A stretch of DNA of 58,107 bases from an uncultured Arcobacter sp. (lineage in GTDB: Bacteria; Campylobacterota; Campylobacteria; Campylobacterales; Arcobacteraceae). Shown here piece after piece: positions 33,721-44,700 of the stretch. The DNA is taken from contig CAYUNC010000001.1 in assembly GCA_964445915.1 (NCBI GenBank), positions 1-58,107 of the forward strand. The letters run 5' to 3'. Position 1 is the stretch's first letter, and each line of letters starts with the position of its first letter. The notes beneath the pieces were generated by a model. The model was not told the origin of the DNA, did not search any database, and was given only the letters and a program-made list of their open reading frames with translations. The position numbers were made by a program, and so were the translations under genes.

Positions 33721-35496
33721 TTATGGGGTAGATTTCATTAAACCATTGTTTCTTAAAATTTTTAATATAAAGTTTACCTTTTCCTCTAAATCTAAAAGTG
33801 TATCATAAACATCACTTCTAATTGTTTCATTTTTCGGTCCTGCTGCACTGACCGGTACAGTTACTGTAGCATCTTCTATGTAGTGATATGGATATAATTT
33901 AACAACATTTCCTTCTGACATCATAAAATGCGGACAATCATAACCACCACCAGCTGAAACTACATCAGAATACATTATAAATTCATCTGCATTACTACCT
34001 GTTGGTGCAACAGATGCACTTTTCATAAATAATGCTCCACTGACATCAACAGGATCTAATGCACCATTTATTAAAATATTGCTTAATTCATCAATTTTTA
34101 AAGTAGTGGAACTTCCTTCTTTAAATGTTATACCACCGTTTATTGATCTAATTTCATCTGTATCTATTTCAGTGAATGTTGCCGATGTTGGAATATTTTT
34201 TCCTATAATAGTATTATCTATCTTACCGCCATAAATGTAAACGTCATTTATAATAGCTGCTGATGCTTCCATTGTATCAACAATAATATCAGTAAATGTT
34301 GCTGATGCTGGTGTAGTTATTCCTATAACAGTGTTATCTATCTTACCGCCATAAATGTAAACGTCATTTATAATAGCTGCTGATGCTTCCATTGTATCAA
34401 CAATAATATCAGTAAATGTTGCTGATGCTGGTGTAGTTATTCCTATAACAGTGTTATCTATATTACTATCTTTTATAATACTATCAGTTATATCAACACT
34501 ATTTAAAATACCATTAAGAACTGTAATATCAGCAGCATCTAAATATGTAAAAGAACCGGCAGCCGGTACGACATCACCTATGACAGTATTTTCTATTCTA
34601 CCACCACTTATTATTGCAGTTGAATTAACAAGTAGTGTATCTGTCTCTATATCAGTAAAACTACCATTAGTAGCATTGTAAGTTGTAGCAGTAATTGTTG
34701 TAAATGTACCAGCAGCAGGCACACTGCCTCCTATTACAGTACCATCAATATAACCACCATCAACATTAACATTATCAATTTCTACCTCACCACCATCTTT
34801 TATAATTAATCCTAAACTGGCTGAATCATCCAAAAGACTTAATCCTTCAGAATCTCTAGCTTGAATATATTCAGCCTCAATTTTTTTATTTTCACCTATA
34901 TCCCAGTTGCCTGTTAATTCTCTGGTACCATCAGTTTTAATATATTGAGAATGATCATCATCTCTTGGTGATAAATTATTCCAATGTCTATATGCATCAT
35001 AAATCAATCTATTACTTACAAGTTTATTCTTGGTTGTATTGGTATTAGACTCATCAACTGATGATATATTATGTGGAGAATCAGAATAAGTCGAATCAAC
35101 ATGATCTTGCCATTCCTTTGCATTAGCATTACTTATACTTCTTATTTTTAATGTATTTGTATCCGATACATTGACTTCATAATGTTCACCAAATATTTGA
35201 ACATTATCAATTTCACCTGAATCTATACCAGCTTTAGCCCATGTTACTTTAAACTCCTGATTATATTCATAACCATAAGTCGAACTTTCAGCTTTATCAG
35301 CAACATAAAAATAAAATTTACCACTAGAATCAGTTGTAATAGAAACATTTGCTGTAGTATTAAAACTGGATGTCTTTGATGGATATCTTATATATGCATA
35401 AGTGCTTGTTCCAGCTAAATATACATTTATAGTAGCACCAGAAATAGGAATTCCTGTTTGATCAACTAAATACTGCCAAAAAATTCTATTTGCCAT
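33721..35496 (-). CDS. Tail fibre-like protein with ~40-aa NTVIG...PAxGxFT repeats
   Basis: Five degenerate 40-aa repeats, two of them identical at nucleotide level. TATAAATA lies 30 nt upstream. Confidence 0.65.
   Translation of the reverse strand: MANRIFWQYLVDQTGIPISGATINVYLAGTSTYAYIRYPSKTSSFNTTANVSITTDSSGKFYFYVADKAESSTYGYEYNQEFKVTWAKAGIDSGEIDNVQIFGEHYEVNVSDTNTLKIRSISNANAKEWQDHVDSTYSDSPHNISSVDESNTNTTKNKLVSNRLIYDAYRHWNNLSPRDDDHSQYIKTDGTRELTGNWDIGENKKIEAEYIQARDSEGLSLLDDSASLGLIIKDGGEVEIDNVNVDGGYIDGTVIGGSVPAAGTFTTITATTYNATNGSFTDIETDTLLVNSTAIISGGRIENTVIGDVVPAAGSFTYLDAADITVLNGILNSVDITDSIIKDSNIDNTVIGITTPASATFTDIIVDTMEASAAIINDVYIYGGKIDNTVIGITTPASATFTDIIVDTMEASAAIINDVYIYGGKIDNTIIGKNIPTSATFTEIDTDEIRSINGGITFKEGSSTTLKIDELSNILINGALDPVDVSGALFMKSASVAPTGSNADEFIMYSDVVSAGGGYDCPHFMMSEGNVVKLYPYHYIEDATVTVPVSAAGPKNETIRSDVYDTLLDLEEKVNFILKILRNNGLMKSTP
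34201..34440 (-). repeat. Near-exact 120-bp tandem duplication inside the fibre gene
   Basis: 34201..34320 versus 34321..34440 differ only in the first ~15 nt. Encodes the 40-aa IDNTVIGITTPASATFTDIIVDTMEASAAIINDVYIYGGK twice. Confidence 0.9.
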
Positions 35497-35526
35497 TTAA
35501 AAAATCTCCTGATAACTTCTTACATA

Positions 35527-35534
35527 TATTTATA
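35527..35534 (-). promoter_or_regulatory. T4-type late promoter motif TATAAATA
   Basis: Exact TATAAATA on the - strand 30 nt upstream of the fibre-gene ATG at 35496. A gp55 homologue is present in the window. Confidence 0.45.
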
Positions 35535-35540
35535 ATTTTT

Positions 35541-38500
35541 TTATTCTATACCAACTCTACATAAATAAGTATCCTCTAAATAATAATATATAAAAATACA
35601 TTTGCCGTTACTTACAACCATACCTTCACCCAAATCATCATAATATAACGGATATGACCAGCCAACCCATTCACCGATTTCAGGAAACTGATCATCAAAA
35701 TCAGTACTTTTAATCCAAGTTTTACCATAATCAGTAGAATAAAATAATTCACCAGATTCGGACCCAGTTATACTTATACATACACCATTACCTAAATTAC
35801 ATAATTTATATATACTATTAACTCTAGTATCGACATCACCGGTTTTAGTCCAACTTTCACCATAATCAGTAGATCTGTAAATTTTTGCAGGATAATATTC
35901 ACCTCCACATATAATTACTCCATTACCAAGACTAATCATATCATCTATTACACCAGTACCAATTGGATCATATAATATAGACCAACTTTCTCCGTAATCA
36001 GTAGATTTGTATATATCAGATGGATACTTCACAGCTAAAACAATACCATTTCCACAATATATTGCTGATGAAATACTAATGTAACCAGTAAAAGGCAATA
36101 CACCACTCCAGCTTTCTCCGTAATCAGTAGATCTCATAATATTATAATCACCATCATTGGAAAATAGTATACATATACCATTTTCCAGATAAATAATTCG
36201 CTCGACACAAGTTGATGATCCATTTATTGTTCCAGAACTAACCCATGTTTCACCATAATCAGTTGATCTATAAACTTCAGGATCATAATAATAAGAAAAA
36301 GCTAAAATTTTACCGTCACCCATATTCACAAAATCATAATAATATGATGTATGAAAATAAGGACTTAAAGATTCCCATGTATCGCCATAATCAGTAGATA
36401 AATACATATTATAATCTACATCAACAACTATAATATGATCATTACCAACATAATACATATACCAAGGATTAATATAACCACCACTAATTGATTTAAAATA
36501 ATTCCAGGTTATGCCGTTATCATCTGACTTCCAAATATGTTTATTAACTGCTGATTTACATATGGCTAATAATTGGTTATCCTTACCCTTCATAACATTC
36601 CTAAAATAAAGATTTTTTTCTTTTAATCCTTCAAGATGATTATCTGTCCATGTTGAACCACCATCATTAGAAATTCTAACACTACCAAAAGTTCCATAAT
36701 CAGAACCAGCAAAAACTTTTCCGCTTCCATATGATAATTTTCCTAAATCGTCAACTTGAGATAAAGCATTCCATGTTTCACCATAATCAGTTGATTCTCT
36801 AATATAATAATAAGGAGAATTATATTGATAAGCTAAAACTTTACCACCCCCAAGATTACAGTATGATCTCGGTTTTTTATTCAAACTACACATTATTCCT
36901 TTATCAATCCAAGTAACACCATAATCAGTAGATTTAAAATAATGATATGTATTCGATGGTGATTCTATTGTTGCAATACAGTGACCATTGTCTAAATAAG
37001 CTATTTCTTCTACCTCAAAATAAGTTCCGCTGGATGGTAATGTTAAAGTCCACGTATCACCATAATCAGTAGATCTCCATATACGATCTTTAAATGATGA
37101 TTCTTCAAAAGCTGCTATACATATACCATTACCTAGATAAACTGGTGATTCATTTGTTAACTTTTCACTAACACTATCAACTATACTCCAAGAAGTACCA
37201 CCATCAGTAGATTTTATTAAAAAATTGTCTCCACTTAATCCTAAAAATATACTATCTGTTAAGTACGTAAAAGATGGTGAGCTACTATTATCGCCTAAAA
37301 GAAGTGGATCTTCAGTTAAATTCCATGTATTACCATAATCAGTAGATATATAAACACCTTCATCTTCATACCATGTACCTAAAAATATAACACCGTTATT
37401 CATATATGATATTCTGACATAATTAGTACCTTTACTGGCTTTAAATATACTCTCCCATGTATTTCCAGCATCATTTGATCTTAACACGTGACCGAGCCAG
37501 CAATCACAAAAAACAACATCATTGTCAGCATAAATTATTTGATACACATCACCATAATAATTATATCTATTAACGTTTAAGAAAAATTCTGGTGCGGAAG
37601 GTGGAACAACCAACAATGCTCTACCTTTAGTTTTATATTCAAAATCTATCTTAACAATGTTTTCATCAATTATAGTTGTTGTTTTTGGTCTTAAAAGATA
37701 GTAATCATTGTCATAACATTGTATAATTAAATCTGTTGTATTAAGATTATGTGCTATAGTCCAGGATAAAGAATTAACAGGTGTGTAATAATTTACAGCA
37801 CATAGACCATTTAAACTATGATCAATACTCCAAGTATCAGTTGGATCTACTTGTTCATGAATATAAGTACCACTTACAGCTGTACTAACCGTGTATAAGT
37901 TACCAGCATTAGTATCACATTCTATTATTGCTGTATTACTACCAGATGGTGCTATAGACAATGGTACAATAGCTGTTTGTACATATCTATCTTCTAATGA
38001 ATATAAATCAACATCTTTTGTACTATCTAATATTTTTTTTTGTATTTCTATTATTGGTGCTTCTTGATTTCTATTATGATAGAACAATAAGTTATAATCA
38101 TTACTTATATAATACACTTCTGGTTTTATTATAAAAACATAACCAGTACAAGTTGTATTAAATTCCAGTATTACTTTATAATAAATATGTGAATCACCAT
38201 CACCATCTACATAAATTAAAGTATCATTTTTAATACTTTTTGGTACTAATAAATTGTAATTGATATCATAACATTGGACTATAGGATTTTTAGTATCTAA
38301 ACCATGTACTATATACCAAGTACTCTTTGGTATATATTGCATATAAATGTAACAACCGTCTTCTGGTATTGCAAACCCACCTATAGATACAGTAGAGCAA
38401 TTTGTATATCCAGGATCTGAGCAAGAACTAGGGCATACTGAATAGCAATATAAATAATTATAGTCTATAAAGTGTGGTAAAGGTGGTCCTGTTATATTCT

Positions 38501-39326
38501 TGTCATGCCATCTTTCATATATGTTTACGCCATTTTTTGTATTAAAAACAATATTTTTAAAATTTACAAAAATGGATGAATAAGTACCAACTCTTTTTAA
38601 GTAATTAATGTGGTTTGCGGTCAAACTTCTTTTTATTATTTCAGGTAACTCATTATCAACAGTCATTTTATAAGTAGAGTCAATATAAGCTAGGTGGTGT
38701 TCATTGACTTCATATGGATCAAAAAGGGTAAATACGTTCTTCTGTTGGTTGTATACTTCATTATATACCTTATCAAAAAATACACTAAATAATTCTTTCA
38801 ACCTTGTTGTTCTATTATGTTCTGGTAAACAACTTAAAGCATATTCATCCATTCCTCTGTAACGTACTTTATAAATATTTGATGAATTTGTAGGATGTAT
38901 TTCACCAAAGTACAAAAACACCTTCTCCATATTAACAAAATTTTCTACGTTGTGACTGTAATTACCAGCTTCATAATCAGTTTGTCTGGACTCTAAATAA
39001 TTATAAAACTCACTGTTTTTCATAAAGTAAGCTTTATCACCATAATCAATAGCAAATCCAGATGTGGACGCTGTCTCACTACTGGTAACTCTTTCAAAAT
39101 AAAACCACTCACTGTTATTTCCGTAGTTATACTTAGTAAAAGGTATTACATAGAAACCAGCTGTATTACCATTCTCATCTATATCAAATATGGTCATATT
39201 AAATACAGACCACCTGTTGGTAACAATACCTGTTGTTTGACCACGTAAGTAATTATCACCTGCTTCAGCATCAATGATAGATATAAAATCTTCTATTAAG
39301 AACCTAGGTATATCTGAAAACTTCAT
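35541..39326 (-). CDS. Baseplate/fibre protein, paralogue A: shared N-terminal module plus Asp-box (BNR) beta-propeller repeats
   Basis: The first 574 aa are identical to the gene at 41752..45642. The C-terminal half has about 14 S(T/N)D(Y/G)GxTW Asp-box motifs. Confidence 0.75.
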   Translation of the reverse strand: MKFSDIPRFLIEDFISIIDAEAGDNYLRGQTTGIVTNRWSVFNMTIFDIDENGNTAGFYVIPFTKYNYGNNSEWFYFERVTSSETASTSGFAIDYGDKAYFMKNSEFYNYLESRQTDYEAGNYSHNVENFVNMEKVFLYFGEIHPTNSSNIYKVRYRGMDEYALSCLPEHNRTTRLKELFSVFFDKVYNEVYNQQKNVFTLFDPYEVNEHHLAYIDSTYKMTVDNELPEIIKRSLTANHINYLKRVGTYSSIFVNFKNIVFNTKNGVNIYERWHDKNITGPPLPHFIDYNYLYCYSVCPSSCSDPGYTNCSTVSIGGFAIPEDGCYIYMQYIPKSTWYIVHGLDTKNPIVQCYDINYNLLVPKSIKNDTLIYVDGDGDSHIYYKVILEFNTTCTGYVFIIKPEVYYISNDYNLLFYHNRNQEAPIIEIQKKILDSTKDVDLYSLEDRYVQTAIVPLSIAPSGSNTAIIECDTNAGNLYTVSTAVSGTYIHEQVDPTDTWSIDHSLNGLCAVNYYTPVNSLSWTIAHNLNTTDLIIQCYDNDYYLLRPKTTTIIDENIVKIDFEYKTKGRALLVVPPSAPEFFLNVNRYNYYGDVYQIIYADNDVVFCDCWLGHVLRSNDAGNTWESIFKASKGTNYVRISYMNNGVIFLGTWYEDEGVYISTDYGNTWNLTEDPLLLGDNSSSPSFTYLTDSIFLGLSGDNFLIKSTDGGTSWSIVDSVSEKLTNESPVYLGNGICIAAFEESSFKDRIWRSTDYGDTWTLTLPSSGTYFEVEEIAYLDNGHCIATIESPSNTYHYFKSTDYGVTWIDKGIMCSLNKKPRSYCNLGGGKVLAYQYNSPYYYIRESTDYGETWNALSQVDDLGKLSYGSGKVFAGSDYGTFGSVRISNDGGSTWTDNHLEGLKEKNLYFRNVMKGKDNQLLAICKSAVNKHIWKSDDNGITWNYFKSISGGYINPWYMYYVGNDHIIVVDVDYNMYLSTDYGDTWESLSPYFHTSYYYDFVNMGDGKILAFSYYYDPEVYRSTDYGETWVSSGTINGSSTCVERIIYLENGICILFSNDGDYNIMRSTDYGESWSGVLPFTGYISISSAIYCGNGIVLAVKYPSDIYKSTDYGESWSILYDPIGTGVIDDMISLGNGVIICGGEYYPAKIYRSTDYGESWTKTGDVDTRVNSIYKLCNLGNGVCISITGSESGELFYSTDYGKTWIKSTDFDDQFPEIGEWVGWSYPLYYDDLGEGMVVSNGKCIFIYYYLEDTYLCRVGIE
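35640..37470 (-). repeat. About 14 Asp-box (SxDxGxTW) propeller-blade coding repeats
   Basis: Motifs STDYGxTW, SNDAGNTW, SDDNGITW and similar, at 40-50-aa spacing. Boundaries approximate. Confidence 0.75.
37603..39326 (-). repeat. 1,724-bp direct repeat, copy A
   Basis: No difference from 43919..45642 seen in the stretches compared by eye. The encoded 574 aa are identical. Confidence 0.85.
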
Positions 39327-39405
39327 TTATATAGCAGCTCCAATATAAGCATCAGAGAAAAAATAGATTTTCCCTTTGTTTTAATTTTTATGACGTAATG
39401 ATTGA

Positions 39406-41748
39406 TTAATTTTTTCTTATTATATAATGAACTGAAAATTCAACTTCTTTTGGTTTAAACAATTCACCATTTATATAAGTATAAAATAACATTGTATCAA
39501 ATTCATCAAATATTCCTATTTCTGTAATTTTTCTGTCATTTCTATCACATAAAATTGTTCCGTCTATATAGTAATTGTCTTCACATAAATTTTTTGTCAA
39601 TTTAGTCGTTAAAGCTACTTCATTTTTTAAACCAGAACCATTCCAATAAGGACCAGTAGTGCCTGTTCCAATTCTTATACTTTCTGCTCTTAAATACAAA
39701 GTACTTTGAGTATCTAAAGCACCAACTGCTTTAACTATAGCATATCCGCTTTCCGAATTATCAAAATAAATCTTACATTGGTTACTACTCACTAGAACAA
39801 TTCTATTTGGTATTAACATATTATCGTCGTTATAAGTTTGAACTATAACACCACGATAACCAAGATTATGTCTGACTGTCCATGTTGCTGTCGGTGAACT
39901 TTGTGTATGTAAATAATCATTATCTGATATATAAACTTTGCCTAATGCTTGAACATAAAGTTCTGCTTTTATATGATTATTATCTATAATTTCAACATTT
40001 TCAGGTAAAAACTGTTTTTCATATAAATCAAAATAATCAGATAAAACTTCTTCACCTATATTATGTTCAATATTACCCCATGTAGCTGATGCTTCAACTG
40101 TATTTGTATCAAAATCAGTAAAACCATATATTGACTTAGCGATCAAAACTACTCCAGATACAGCTTCCTTAAAATAAATTTTTATTCTATTATTAGATAC
40201 TATCAATATTTTATCAGGATATACTATTTCATACCCACTACCGGTCTTGCTGTAGCATTGAACTAAAATGTTATTTGTTAATAAATCATGATTTATATCC
40301 CATAAATTACTTTCTGTTAAGATAGGTTCGATATAATGAGCACTTAGTGTTACCGTTGTTGTATCTACACAACATTTAGTATATATATTTACAGGTGATT
40401 CAACATCATACAATGGTATGTATTCTTTACTAAAATCTGTGGTCGGTGATACTAGCCAGTGATAATGAGAATATTTACAAGCAGGTCTTGTTTCTTCCCA
40501 TGATTCAATTAATTGATTAGCATATTTTTCATTAATAATAAACTTATCAGAAGTTATTCCTTTATTATTAAGAGATATACATAACGGTTCACAAGAAAGG
40601 TCCAACTCCACTTTATAATGTGGTGACATTATTAGATTACCATGATATGGCAAAGAACTGACTTTTTTTAAACATGCAACACCATCAATATTTTCACTAA
40701 AAGTTGCTATACAGTTATTACTGTTTACTGTCTTATGAGTTTTTGGATAAGCTCTTTGTAATCCCCATCCAATATAAGTTGCTTTTTTACAAACTATATA
40801 GCCTTTTGTATCTCTAGCAAAAGTTACTGTAATGTTATTTTTATCTGTCAGTTGTAATGTTTTTGGTTCTTCTTTTTCACCAACCATTCCAACAACATCA
40901 GCTATTCTTACTAAAGCTATTCCAGTACAAGCATGATCAAGAGAAATTTTTACTATATCTTTACTAATATGTGTTATATTTGGATTTGATATTTTTACAT
41001 AACCAGCGCCGGACGTTTCATAAGTTTCCACAATAATATCATGATTTTCTAAATAGTGTTCAACATACCAAGTATTACTACTAACACTTTGTGTATGTAT
41101 TACATTACCTCTAAGAATATGCATATAGCCTTCTTTAGCAGAATCAAATTCTAAAGTAACACTATTTTTATCATTTAAATATATTTTATTTGGTTTAATT
41201 ATTGCGTCATTAGAATCTCTAGCTTGAACTATTATATCCCAGGTATTAAGATTGTGAGTTTCATTCCAAGTTGTTGAGCTGGATTCAGCAGAATAATAAG
41301 TAGCTTCTGCTATATGAACAGTACCTTTTTCTTCACCATCAAATCCAATATTTATATAGTTTTCATCAATAGATGCTGCTGACGGTGATATTACATTGTA
41401 TTCCGTATCATAACATTGAAATACAATATTTTTTGTATTAAGCCCATGGTAAATATACCAATTAGTACTTTTTCTAGGAACGTATACTTGCGTAATCAAA
41501 TGTCTATAATCTAAATTATGTTCTATATTCCATGTTGTACTAATTTCATCTATTCTTTCTTCATAATCAGCAGAAATAGCAAGAAAAGTTATATTACTAT
41601 AATCATCATTATACGTTTCTATATAAGTAGAATCAGCCGTATCAGTAAATTCCAAATTTATAGAAAACTGTTCTTTGTCACCAGTACTTTCATCGTAGTA
41701 ATCTGTTACTAAAAAATAACTATTAAGGTAATGCTCAATTAGTTTCAT
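39406..41748 (-). CDS. Fibre/baseplate protein built of repeated W-x-I-x-H-N-L beta-sandwich-like modules
   Basis: At least 7 repeats of the (S/T)xWx(I/V)xH(N/G)L...(I/V)VQxY... module. Confidence 0.65.
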   Translation of the reverse strand: MKLIEHYLNSYFLVTDYYDESTGDKEQFSINLEFTDTADSTYIETYNDDYSNITFLAISADYEERIDEISTTWNIEHNLDYRHLITQVYVPRKSTNWYIYHGLNTKNIVFQCYDTEYNVISPSAASIDENYINIGFDGEEKGTVHIAEATYYSAESSSTTWNETHNLNTWDIIVQARDSNDAIIKPNKIYLNDKNSVTLEFDSAKEGYMHILRGNVIHTQSVSSNTWYVEHYLENHDIIVETYETSGAGYVKISNPNITHISKDIVKISLDHACTGIALVRIADVVGMVGEKEEPKTLQLTDKNNITVTFARDTKGYIVCKKATYIGWGLQRAYPKTHKTVNSNNCIATFSENIDGVACLKKVSSLPYHGNLIMSPHYKVELDLSCEPLCISLNNKGITSDKFIINEKYANQLIESWEETRPACKYSHYHWLVSPTTDFSKEYIPLYDVESPVNIYTKCCVDTTTVTLSAHYIEPILTESNLWDINHDLLTNNILVQCYSKTGSGYEIVYPDKILIVSNNRIKIYFKEAVSGVVLIAKSIYGFTDFDTNTVEASATWGNIEHNIGEEVLSDYFDLYEKQFLPENVEIIDNNHIKAELYVQALGKVYISDNDYLHTQSSPTATWTVRHNLGYRGVIVQTYNDDNMLIPNRIVLVSSNQCKIYFDNSESGYAIVKAVGALDTQSTLYLRAESIRIGTGTTGPYWNGSGLKNEVALTTKLTKNLCEDNYYIDGTILCDRNDRKITEIGIFDEFDTMLFYTYINGELFKPKEVEFSVHYIIRKN

Positions 41749-41751
41749 TTC

Positions 41752-44700
41752 TTATGCAGGACCCCCATCTGTTATAGTCCAATTATTAGGTTCTCCTGTT
41801 AATGTATTCCTAGCTGCCTCTGCAGCACCACCAGGTGTATACTTACTGTTACCAGCATGAAAATTTACGTTTGGTTTAACTGATTGTGCTGCCCACCCTA
41901 TTAGTAATGCATCATAATTTGCTGTACTTAGGGTAACATTCTTAAACATATAACTCATATTAGTTACATTTGATATGTTCCAGTTACCTATGTTCTGATC
42001 AAATGATGTCGCATCTTCAAACATACATCTCATATTGGTTACACTGGATACATCCCAATTACTAATATCCTGGTTGAATGATGATGCATTTTTAAACATA
42101 TAACTCATATTGGTTACACTGGATACATCCCAATTACTAATATCCTGGTTGAATGATGTCGCACTTTCAAACATATAACTCATATTAGTTACACTGGATA
42201 CATCCCAATTACTAATATCCTGGTTGAATGATGATGCAATTTTAAACATACTATTCATATTAGTTACACTGGATACATTCCAGCTACCTATATTCTGATT
42301 GAACATTACTGCATTTCGAAACATACAGCTCATATTTGTTACTTTGGATACATTCCAGCTACCTATATCTTTATTAAATAAATCTGTGTACTGAAACATT
42401 CCGCACATATTTGTAACATTAGATACATTCCAGATACCTATATCTTGATTAAAACTATCTGCATTATAAAACATATAGCTCATATCTGTCACGTTGGATA
42501 CATTCCAGCTACTAATATCTTGATTAAATGCCGTCGCATCTTGAAACATATATCTCATATCGGTTACACTGGATACATCCCAGCTACCTATATCTTGATT
42601 AAAATTTTTTGCACCATTAAACATGTTATGCATATCAATTACACTGGATACATCCCAGCTACCTATATCTTGATTAAAATCTTGCGCACCATTAAACATA
42701 CTATCCATATCTATCACATTGGATACATTCCAGCTACCTATATTTTTATTAAATGATCTTGCATTATTAAACATACTACTCATATTGGTTACACTGGATA
42801 CATCCCAGTTATTAATATCTTGATTAAACGATGTTGCGTAATAAAACATCAACCTCATATTGGTTACACTGGATACATCCCAGCTACCTATGTTTTGATT
42901 AAATGACGTTGCATGATTGAACATACTACTCATATTGGTTACACTGGATACATCCCAGTTATTAATATCTTGATTAAACAATCTTGCGTAACAAAACATA
43001 TTATTCATATCTGTTACTTTTGACACATCCCAGCTGCCGATATCTTGATTAAATGATTTTGCATCATAAAACATTAAACTCATGTCAGTTACATTAGACA
43101 CAATCCAGCTACCTATGTCTTGATTAAAATCATCTGCACCACAGAACATATTATGCATATCAGTTACACTGGATACATCCCAGCTGCCGATATCTTGATT
43201 AAACTTATCTGCCTCATTAAACATACCACTCATATCAGTTACATTAGACACATCCCAACTACCAATATCTTGATTAAATGATCTTGCAAGACTAAAAACA
43301 GCAACAGCAAAAATAAGTGACTTAGTATTCCAGCTACTAATATTACCATTAAATTTCGATGAATCAAATAAATAATCCATATTAGTTACATTAGATACAT
43401 CCCAGTCATTAATATTAGGTATGTCAATTAGATCATCACATTTAAAAAACATGGAATATAAACTAGTCATATTAGATGTATTAGGAGTATCTGTTGCCGT
43501 CAGTATACCTGATGTATCTAAACCTAAATTAGTACAGTGACTAAAATAATATTTTTTGTGATTATTTGTTTCTAATATAACATTACCCCATTTTAGTATA
43601 TCTATCAGTTTTCTACTTTCTCCTAAACGTTCAAAATTGATACCTTTAATACCATTACCACCACTTTCTTCTAAATTTTCTCTTAATGTTACAACATACT
43701 TACCAGGTGTGTCATATGTATGAACTAATTTATTCTCATCATATCCGTTAAATTCTGTTGTACTATTATCACCCCAGTCTACTGTCATTATATAAGTACC
43801 ATCATCAACAAGAGGAAGTCTAAATTGATCACTATTACTACTACCGTAAAATGTCTTTGTTGTATCTATGTACATAATAAATTCAATAGGTGGAACAGGT
43901 GCTTCACCAGAAGGAGAAGGAACAACCAACAATGCTCTACCTTTAGTTTTATATTCAAAATCTATCTTAACAATGTTTTCATCAATTATAGTTGTTGTTT
44001 TTGGTCTTAAAAGATAGTAATCATTGTCATAACATTGTATAATTAAATCTGTTGTATTAAGATTATGTGCTATAGTCCAGGATAAAGAATTAACAGGTGT
44101 GTAATAATTTACAGCACATAGACCATTTAAACTATGATCAATACTCCAAGTATCAGTTGGATCTACTTGTTCATGAATATAAGTACCACTTACAGCTGTA
44201 CTAACCGTGTATAAGTTACCAGCATTAGTATCACATTCTATTATTGCTGTATTACTACCAGATGGTGCTATAGACAATGGTACAATAGCTGTTTGTACAT
44301 ATCTATCTTCTAATGAATATAAATCAACATCTTTTGTACTATCTAATATTTTTTTTTGTATTTCTATTATTGGTGCTTCTTGATTTCTATTATGATAGAA
44401 CAATAAGTTATAATCATTACTTATATAATACACTTCTGGTTTTATTATAAAAACATAACCAGTACAAGTTGTATTAAATTCCAGTATTACTTTATAATAA
44501 ATATGTGAATCACCATCACCATCTACATAAATTAAAGTATCATTTTTAATACTTTTTGGTACTAATAAATTGTAATTGATATCATAACATTGGACTATAG
44601 GATTTTTAGTATCTAAACCATGTACTATATACCAAGTACTCTTTGGTATATATTGCATATAAATGTAACAACCGTCTTCTGGTATTGCAAACCCACCTAT

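Noticed and set aside
39319-39335. TATAAATG overlapping the start codon of paralogue A, as a possible late promoter
   Set aside because: The motif includes the ATG itself, so a transcript starting downstream of it would lack the start codon. It is most likely a coincidence in AT-rich sequence.
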